From Candidatus Iainarchaeum sp. (GTDB lineage Archaea > Iainarchaeota > Iainarchaeia > JAGGVJ01), in contig JAGGVJ010000015.1 of the NCBI GenBank assembly GCA_021158055.1, positions 1-51,814 on the forward strand: DNA of 51,814 nt. The letters run 5' to 3'. Positions 1-6,806 of this stretch are shown piece after piece. The position numbers and the translations under genes are program-made. The number at the start of each line of letters is the position of its first letter. Position 1 is the stretch's first letter. The notes under the pieces are model-generated. The model made no database searches, was not told the DNA's origin, and saw nothing but the letters and a program-made list of their open reading frames with translations.

Positions 1-112
1 GAAAAGGTGTAAGATTGGAAAAGGTGTAAGATTGGAAAAGGTGTAAGATTGGAAAAGGTGTAAGATTGGAAAAGGTGTAAGATTGGAAAAGGTGTAAGAT
101 TGGAAAAGGTGT
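1..112. repeat. Perfect 17-bp tandem repeat (GAAAAGGTGTAAGATTG), 6 full copies plus a partial copy, runs off the window start
   Basis: Direct reading: units at 1, 18, 35, 52, 69 and 86, partial at 103. Confidence 0.97.
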
Positions 113-163
113 GATTGAGAGATAAAAACAGGCAGTAAACAGTAGTTGGGTTTGCTTTGCTTT

Positions 164-754
164 TTACTGTGCTTTTATTTTTTTGATCTGCTGAAGAAAA
201 TTTCGAAGCAGCAAGTGGCCGTTTGAGTTTTCAATTTTGAGTTCCGGGTGAAACTGGAATCCGTATATTTGTTTTTCTTTGTGTTTGACTACTTCTGTTC
301 CGTGTTCTGATTTTGCAAGGGTTTTGAGCCGGTTTCCTGTTTTTGTCACGGCGTGGTAGTGTGCTTCAACTACGTTTAGTTTTTGGTTTTTGATTCCTGT
401 AAATAAAGAGTCGTTTTCTAATAGTTCTATGTCAACGCATCCTTTGATTTTGTTCGGGTAATATGTTGTCATTTCACTTTTGTATTCTTCGCACAGCAAT
501 TGGAAACCAAGGCAGATTGCAAGAATGGGTGTGTTTGAGTTTTTTATGATTTCGCGTTGCTCGTCATAGATCCCGTAGTCTTTTCTTATGGATAAAAAGG
601 ATCCGCCTGAAAGTATGACTGCGTCAAAGTTTTCCGCGTCTCTTGCCTTGAAGTCTGTGCAGTGGATTGTTTCAGCATTTTCCCCTTGTTCTTTTACTGT
701 TTTTTCAAGTTCGTCTATGTGCTGCGAGAAGTTGTTTACGATAAGTATATTTAT
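164..754 (-). CDS. Class I glutamine amidotransferase (GMP synthase subunit A / TrpG-like)
   Basis: ILSGG, AICLGFQ (catalytic Cys) and FQFHPE (His-Glu) motifs; domain begins at INILIVNN; start uncertain (ATA at 754 after GGTG). Confidence 0.85.
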   Translation of the reverse strand: MNILIVNNFSQHIDELEKTVKEQGENAETIHCTDFKARDAENFDAVILSGGSFLSIRKDYGIYDEQREIIKNSNTPILAICLGFQLLCEEYKSEMTTYYPNKIKGCVDIELLENDSLFTGIKNQKLNVVEAHYHAVTKTGNRLKTLAKSEHGTEVVKHKEKQIYGFQFHPELKIENSNGHLLLRNFLQQIKKIKAQ

Positions 755-985
755 TTGAACACCGGATGGTGGATTTTTGTTTTCATTTTTGTTTGCAATA
801 ATAATACAACAAACAACATATAAAAAAGTATTGCATGATTGCAGTGTGAAGTTGGCAAAACGGGATATATGGAAGATATGTGCAAAAACAGAACATACAA
901 AGGACATATGCAAAAAACACGTTCAAAACAGGATTCGAAAACAATTTATGCACCCACAAATATATGTTATACTGGTTGTGATAAT

Positions 986-1741
986 ATGAATGAAGCAATA
1001 TTGAACATTGGCGGTTTGACTGATTTTTCCACTGTTGACTTTCCGGGAAAGCTTGCATCAGTGCTTTTTTTGTGCGGGTGTCCTTTTAGGTGCCCGTGGT
1101 GCTACAACGGTGACCTGGCGCTTTCAAAGAACTGTTTTGAGCTCAGCGTGGGTGTTGTGTTTGAAAAGATTATGTCGTGGAGGGATATGATTGACGCGGT
1201 TGCGGTGACTGGTGGGGAGCCGGTGATGCAGGCAGATGCCTTGATTGACCTTTTTAAAAAACTGCGGGCGGAAGGATTGTCTTTGAAGATTGATTCTGAT
1301 TGCTTTTACCCGGAAAGCCTTGAAAAAATCATTCCTTTTTTGGATTATGTTGCAGTTGACGTGAAGACTTCCCCTGGCAGGCCGCTGGAATACGCGAAAG
1401 TGACCGGGTTTAAGGGGGATGCGGTTGACCTTGTGAAAAAGGTAAGGCAGAGCCTTGAAGTTTTGAGGAAGTCAGGGAAACCCATTGAAGTCAGGACCAC
1501 GATTGTTTCCGATATGAATGATTCAGCCCAGATAATAAAGGAGATTGCGAAAGAAGTCGGGTTTGCTGATTCTTACGTGCTCCAGCAGTTCGAGCCAAGA
1601 GAAGGGCTTTTGGACAAGTCGTTTGAGTCAAAGGAAGTTGTTGAAAGGAAGAAAATGCTTGAGCTTGGTAAAGCCGCAAAAGAAGCCGGCTTGAAGAAAG
1701 TGATTGTGCGGACAAAGGAAAACGGAAGCGAAGTGGTTTGA
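986..1741 (+). CDS. nrdG: Anaerobic ribonucleotide reductase activating radical SAM protein
   Basis: STVDFPG..GCPFRCPWCYN (CxxxCxxC), TGGEP, EVRTT, YVLQQF; ATG at 986. Confidence 0.8.
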   Translation: MNEAILNIGGLTDFSTVDFPGKLASVLFLCGCPFRCPWCYNGDLALSKNCFELSVGVVFEKIMSWRDMIDAVAVTGGEPVMQADALIDLFKKLRAEGLSLKIDSDCFYPESLEKIIPFLDYVAVDVKTSPGRPLEYAKVTGFKGDAVDLVKKVRQSLEVLRKSGKPIEVRTTIVSDMNDSAQIIKEIAKEVGFADSYVLQQFEPREGLLDKSFESKEVVERKKMLELGKAAKEAGLKKVIVRTKENGSEVV

Positions 1742-1763
1742 TTTTTTATTTTTTAGTACTTGT

Positions 1764-1874
1764 TTAGCAAAAATAATTGACATGCTGAACTCTCACGGGT
1801 ATGAATAATGGCAAAAAGAAAGATAGAATTGCCAATCCCTTCGCTTGTTTTTTTCTGAATTTTATTTTACCCAT
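1764..1874 (-). pseudogene. 36-aa ORF MGKIKFRKKQAKGLAILSFFLPLFIP..., possible truncated cassette membrane-protein remnant
   Basis: Translated by hand; basic N-terminus plus hydrophobic stretch, same strand as the cassette. Confidence 0.3.
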
Positions 1875-2068
1875 ATACTGGCTGTCTGACAATTCAACCC
1901 GCAATATTATAAATTGATTGCATGGTTGTGATTTTTGAATTTACCGTAAAAAACATAAAAAATCAGAAAACGTTATGCTTCACCATGATTCCATAATTTC
2001 TGAAATAATTGTCGGACAGTCTATATAATTATATTTGATATAGCGTTGAGGAGAGGGGGCGGAATTGA

Positions 2069-2163
2069 ATATAACGGAATGAGGATAAAAGAAGTTTTCG
2101 TAGCGGAGAAAATTTGGGAAAATTGCGAGCCGAGCAATTTTCCTTTTATCCCTTGTTATACGA
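2069..2163 (-). mobile_element. attC-like recombination site (branched ssDNA hairpin)
   Basis: Minus strand: TCGTATAAC (R'') - GGATAAAAG (L'') - internal hairpin GGAAAATTGC/GCAATTTTCC - CTTTTATCC (L') - GTTATAT (R'). Confidence 0.75.
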
Positions 2164-2641
2164 GGGTAAAATTCTGAAAGAATTTTAAGCGCAGCGTCCC
2201 CAAGCGGAATGAAATGGAGCACAGAGTCGGGCGGAGCAGTGGCGTGATTATCTTTTCCACCTTTTTTCCTTTATGAATATTGATACACATGATAGAAAAT
2301 ACCACCAAATGGGTATTAGTACAATAACTATTTTAATAATAATTGGTGAAGTGAAATCACTATCAACAAAATTTAGTGGCAATAATATAAAATTGTAAAG
2401 ATATTCTTCAAATGCACAAATTGTATTGACAATTGTATTTCCACCTAACCCAAGAATTTCATCAAATACAAAGAAAGAAAAAAGGATTAAAATAACCATA
2501 ATAGGAAATATGATAGTTATAACTATCTTTTTCTTTGTTATTTTGAGAAAATTTTTGATTAGTATTTTCATATTCATATTGTATCTCTTGTAAATTTATA
2601 AAAGTTTGGTTTGAGCCACTGCGTAGCACGATTTCGTATAA
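2075..2641 (-). mobile_element. Putative gene cassette (~567 bp): one ORF plus attC-like site
   Basis: Bounded by two G|TTATA cores (G at 2642 and 2075); R'' complements the cassette 5' end over 9 bp. Confidence 0.7.
2248..2577 (-). CDS. Small AT-rich membrane protein (cassette cargo), 2-3 TM segments
   Basis: Hydrophobic segments IVITIIFPIMVILILFSFFVF and IIIKIVIVLIPIWWYFLSCVSIFI. Confidence 0.75.
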   Translation of the reverse strand: MNMKILIKNFLKITKKKIVITIIFPIMVILILFSFFVFDEILGLGGNTIVNTICAFEEYLYNFILLPLNFVDSDFTSPIIIKIVIVLIPIWWYFLSCVSIFIKEKRWKR

Positions 2642-2656
2642 CAACTTATATACGAA
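2633..2656. mobile_element. attI-like / loxP-like recombinase site TTCGTATA-ACAACTTA-TATACGAA
   Basis: Perfect 8-bp inverted arms around an 8-bp spacer, 32 bp upstream of the recombinase ATG; contains the GTTATAC core on the minus strand. Confidence 0.75.
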
Positions 2657-2657
2657 C

Positions 2658-2671
2658 TTTTATATATAAAA
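2658..2671. promoter_or_regulatory. Palindromic TATA box TTTTATATATAAAA (putative bidirectional Pint/Pc)
   Basis: Self-complementary 14-mer about 25 nt from the integrase ATG and about 25 nt from the att core on the other strand. Confidence 0.55.
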
Positions 2672-2688
2672 TTTGTTGTTAGTTACGT

Positions 2689-3507
2689 ATGGACGAACTT
2701 GAAAGATTAAACATTGAATTGAATTCAAGGGGATTCAGCCATAAAACAAAAAAATCTTATTTGTTTTTCATTGCTGATTTTCTGAAATTCACTAAAAAGA
2801 AGCCTCGTGAGATTCAAAAGGAAGACATTAAAAAATACATATCTTACCTTATTGTCAATAAAAAATATACAAATATCACTGCGAATGTGGCAATAAGCTC
2901 TCTAAAATTCTTTTTCGGCAGGGTTTTGGAAAAAGATGTATGCAAAGGCATAGAGCGCCCGAAAAGGGAAAACAGGCTGCCTACGGTGTTGTCAAAAGGG
3001 GAAGTAAGGAAAATCATAGGTTCTGCAAGCAATATAAAACACAAATTGGTTCTGAAATGCATTTATGGAATGGGTTTAAGGGTTTCAGAAGTTGTCAACT
3101 TGAAATTAGCTGATTTTGATTTTGACAGAGACATGGTAAAGATATGTTCTGCCAAAGGAAACAAAGACAGGTATGTTATGCTGCCAAAGGGCTTGAAATC
3201 GAATTTGATCAGCTATATTGAACTTGAAAAACCGGAAAAATATTTGTTTTCAGGCAGAAAAGCAAAATACACAATCAAATCAGTCCAGAAAATATTTGCA
3301 AATTCATTAAGGAAAACAGGCATTAAAAAAAAAGCAAGCTGCCATACTTTAAGGCATTCTTTTGCAACTCATCTGCTGGAACAGGGAATTGATATCCGGT
3401 ATATTCAGTCTCTCCTTGGACATTCAAGGTTGCAGACAACCCAAATATATACTCATGTAGCAAATAATAAATTAAAAAACATACAAAGTCCTTTAGATAA
3501 TCTGTAG
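2689..3507 (+). CDS. Tyrosine recombinase (N-terminal SAM-like domain), IntI-related but lacking the IntI insertion
   Basis: GLRVSEV (R), KGNKDR (K), HTLRHSFATH (HxxR), LGH, TTQIYTH (Y), C-terminal SPLD. Confidence 0.95.
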   Translation: MDELERLNIELNSRGFSHKTKKSYLFFIADFLKFTKKKPREIQKEDIKKYISYLIVNKKYTNITANVAISSLKFFFGRVLEKDVCKGIERPKRENRLPTVLSKGEVRKIIGSASNIKHKLVLKCIYGMGLRVSEVVNLKLADFDFDRDMVKICSAKGNKDRYVMLPKGLKSNLISYIELEKPEKYLFSGRKAKYTIKSVQKIFANSLRKTGIKKKASCHTLRHSFATHLLEQGIDIRYIQSLLGHSRLQTTQIYTHVANNKLKNIQSPLDNL

Positions 3508-4009
3508 TGTTAAAATTCAAGTTTGAGACTTAAGGCAGGAATGGAGGTGCTTGATACAGGTGATGTAGTAGCGTAACAAATTTTGTTGAAACTTTAATAA
3601 CGCATATGTTGCCTTTTTTATAAATATCTGTTTAATCTTTTTTTGAAGTATATTACGAATTGGTTTATGGCAGTGCTCCGATTATGTATAGGTAGAGTTC
3701 ATTTTTCGAACGTGTTCATGATGATCAGGTGCAGGATTTTTATCAGGGGGTTTTGCGTATGCTTCTGTTGAAATTTTCTATGGGTTCGTGGTGTAAAAAT
3801 AAGCCGCCGGATTTCAGGGAGATACTTGAAAAACGTGAATAAATTTTGCCTGTTATTCTTCCAGCGTAACTTTTTTAATTTCTATCCTTCTATTATATAA
3901 TCAATGTTGTGTTTTGTTATTGATTAATGTTGGTTGATTATGGATTATTGCTTTGGCAATAAAGTTTTATTTTTGGGTTACTTGCATTTCAGTCTTTAAG
4001 GTGGTTTTT

Positions 4010-6733
4010 TTGGCACTTGACAAAAGTAAATTAAGGAAGAAGTTCGCCTCCGAGTGGGAAAAGCATTACAAGCTTGACTTCCTGCTGAAAGAAGGGTTTG
4101 TGAGGCGGACCTGCAGGAAATGCGGAATTAACTTTTGGACCCTTGACCCGGACCGTGATGTGTGCGGCGACGCTGCATGCGTCGGATACGAGTTTCTCGG
4201 AAACCCCCCCACAAAAAAAAGACTGGATTACATAGAGACGTGGAAGACTTTTGAGAACTTTTTTGAGAAACGTGGCCACAAGTCAATAAGCCGCTACCCT
4301 GTGATTTGCAGGTGGAGAAACGACCTGTTTTTTACAATGGCGTCGATCCAGGCTTTCCAGCCATACGTCACATCCGGAGAGGTTGACCCGCCTGGAAACC
4401 CTTTGATTATCCCTCAGCCGTGCCTCAGGTTCAATGACATTCCGAACGTGGGGGTTTCAGGACGCCACCTGACTTGTTTTACGATGATCGGCCAGCACGC
4501 TTTCAACAAGGACAAATTGTTTTACTGGAAGGAAGAGGCACTCGGCAACGATTATGATTACCTGCAGAAAGGTCTTGGCATAAAAAAAGAAGAAATCGTG
4601 TTCCACGAGGAAGTTTGGGCAGGCGGGGGAAATTTTGGCCCGTGCATTGAGTTTTTTGTGCAGGGAAACGAGATCGGAAACTGTGTGTTTATGCAGTTTG
4701 AAGAAACCGATTCAGGTTACAGGGAAATGGACATAAAAGTTGTGGACATGGGTTCGGGTTGGGAGCGCCAGGCATGGATTGTAAGCGAAGAGCCGAATGT
4801 TTACGAGATAGCTTTTAAGCCGGTAGTTGATTACCTGAAAAAACAGACGGGTGCGAAAGTGGACAAAAAACTTTTTTTGGATTATTCAAAGGTTGCGGGT
4901 TCTCTCAACGCAGACGAGACAGACCTTGTAAAAGCACGCATTGGCATTGCAGAACAGCTGGGGGTTGACAAGACACAGCTTTTTGATGAAATCGCCCCGC
5001 TTGAAGCGGTTTACGCAATTTCTGACCACACAAAGTCGCTTTTGTTCGCGGTGACTGACGGCCAGCTTCCCTCAAATTCGGGCGGCGGCTACAACCTGCG
5101 GTTGATTGCAAGGCGGGCTCTTGGTTTTGTCCAGGAGTACGGCTTTGATTTTGATTTTGAAAAGGTTCTTGAGCTTCACGCGTCTTTTCTTAAGCCGGTT
5201 TACCCGGGCCTTGACAATGGAGTCGAAACCACTGCTCTTGTGATTGAAGAGGAAAAGAAAAAATACCTTGAAACCATGCGAAGGGGCCGGGGAAAAGTTG
5301 TGTCTTTGCTTAGGAAGACAAAAGGAAAAATCCCCCGGGAAAAGCTTTTGGAGCTTTACGAGTCAGACGGTGTTTCCATTGAGATGGTTGAAGAAATCGC
5401 AACTGAAGAAAAAATCAGTGTTGAAACCCCCCCTGATTTTTACATGAAGGTTGCTGAAAAGCATTTGGGCAAAAAGGAAAAGAAAGAGAGGAAAGTTGAC
5501 ATTTCAGGCATTGAAAAAACAAAAATCCTTTTTTACGGGGATTCTTACAAAAAAGAGTTCAGTGCAAAAGTCCTCAAGGTCATCGGCAATTTTGTTGTGC
5601 TTGACAAGACCCTTTTCTATCCCGAGGGCGGGGGCCAGCCTGGGGACGCTGGAACAATTTCAGGTTCAAAAGTCCTTGATGTGCAAAAGGAAAATGGTGT
5701 TGTTCTTCACAAGGTTTCAAAACCAGCTGATTTTTCAGCCGGACAGAAGGTCAGGGGAGAGATTGACTGGAAACGCCGCCAAGACCTGATGCTTGCTCAC
5801 ACGGGAGCGCATATTTTGGGCGCTGCCTGCAGGAAAGTTCTTGGAAAGCATGTCTGGCAAAGCGGTTCGCAGAATGATGTCGGGTCGTCGAGGATTGATT
5901 TTTCTCATTTCAGGCACTTGACTTGGGAGCAGATAAACGAAATCGAACTTGAGGCAAACAACCTTATCCGCAGCGCAATTCCTGTTGAGTCAAGGTTTAT
6001 GCTGAAAAATGTTGCGGAAGAAAAATACGGTTTTGTGCTTTATCAGGTTGCAGCGATTCCGGGCCGCGAGATCAGGGTGGTTTCAATCGGTGAAGCTGAC
6101 CACCAGGCGTGCGGGGGAACGCATGTGAAAAACACAAGCGAGCTTGGTCTGCTGAAAATAATCGGTTCCGAGCGGATTGCAGACAACGTTGAAAGGCTTG
6201 AGTTTGCAGTGGGGCAGCAGGCATTGAAACTCATGCAGAAAAAAGAGCAGTCCTTGAGAAACGCAGCGGAAAACCTGGGTGTTCCGGAAAAAGAATTGGT
6301 TAATGCTTCAAAAAAGTTTTTTGACGAGTGGAAGAGTCAGAAAAAACAGATCGAGTCTTTAAAATCAAATATTGCTTCCCGGATTGTTGAAAACCTGGTT
6401 TCGGCCTCGCAGAAAAAAGAGGGTCTGCAATGGATTTTTTTAGAAGTAAAAGATGTTGATTCACTTACTTTGCAGTTGGTTGCAGCAGATCTTGCCAAAA
6501 AAGAGAAGTCGGTTGTGGCAGTGCTTTTGGGTGGCAGTGAAAAAAACAGGTCTGTTTTTGTGTTCGGCTCCGCGGGAAAAAAAGCAGTTGAAAAAGGAGT
6601 CGATGTTTCAAAATATGTGGCAAAAGTGGCCAAGGCAGCGGGCGGAAAAGGAGGGGGAAGGCCTGATTTTGCCCGGGGCGGCGGGTCTGACATGAAAAGC
6701 GCAAGAAAAGCACTTGAAGATGTTTTCAGGTAG
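4010..6733 (+). CDS. alaS: Alanine--tRNA ligase (archaeal type)
   Basis: RWRNDLFFTMASI, QPCLRFNDI, editing HTGAH/CGGTH, GGKGGGRPDFARGGG; TTG at 4010 after AGGTGG. Confidence 0.97.
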   Translation: MALDKSKLRKKFASEWEKHYKLDFLLKEGFVRRTCRKCGINFWTLDPDRDVCGDAACVGYEFLGNPPTKKRLDYIETWKTFENFFEKRGHKSISRYPVICRWRNDLFFTMASIQAFQPYVTSGEVDPPGNPLIIPQPCLRFNDIPNVGVSGRHLTCFTMIGQHAFNKDKLFYWKEEALGNDYDYLQKGLGIKKEEIVFHEEVWAGGGNFGPCIEFFVQGNEIGNCVFMQFEETDSGYREMDIKVVDMGSGWERQAWIVSEEPNVYEIAFKPVVDYLKKQTGAKVDKKLFLDYSKVAGSLNADETDLVKARIGIAEQLGVDKTQLFDEIAPLEAVYAISDHTKSLLFAVTDGQLPSNSGGGYNLRLIARRALGFVQEYGFDFDFEKVLELHASFLKPVYPGLDNGVETTALVIEEEKKKYLETMRRGRGKVVSLLRKTKGKIPREKLLELYESDGVSIEMVEEIATEEKISVETPPDFYMKVAEKHLGKKEKKERKVDISGIEKTKILFYGDSYKKEFSAKVLKVIGNFVVLDKTLFYPEGGGQPGDAGTISGSKVLDVQKENGVVLHKVSKPADFSAGQKVRGEIDWKRRQDLMLAHTGAHILGAACRKVLGKHVWQSGSQNDVGSSRIDFSHFRHLTWEQINEIELEANNLIRSAIPVESRFMLKNVAEEKYGFVLYQVAAIPGREIRVVSIGEADHQACGGTHVKNTSELGLLKIIGSERIADNVERLEFAVGQQALKLMQKKEQSLRNAAENLGVPEKELVNASKKFFDEWKSQKKQIESLKSNIASRIVENLVSASQKKEGLQWIFLEVKDVDSLTLQLVAADLAKKEKSVVAVLLGGSEKNRSVFVFGSAGKKAVEKGVDVSKYVAKVAKAAGGKGGGRPDFARGGGSDMKSARKALEDVFR

Positions 6734-6806
6734 CGGAGATGATTTTTTAGTGGATAATTTTTAGTAAATAGCGGTTCATTCAGTTTATTTTTAGAGGAGA
6801 TGTCTT

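Noticed and set aside
1-112. CRISPR array
   Set aside because: Units are contiguous with no spacers, and no cas genes are present
755-985. N-terminal extensions of the 249-aa and 300-aa ORFs
   Set aside because: They overlap each other in a divergent intergenic region; the domains begin at 754 (-) and 986 (+)
1980-2222. 80-aa ORF across the attC-like site
   Set aside because: Spans a structured non-coding element and has no protein-like features
2689-3507. Prophage or tRNA-targeting island integrase
   Set aside because: No adjacent tRNA, no att direct repeats seen and no viral genes; housekeeping XerA cannot be fully excluded without phylogeny
3650-3843. Possible gene remnant (..KNKPPDFREILEKRE*) after the integrase
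   Set aside because: No start, stops in frame and nothing recognisable
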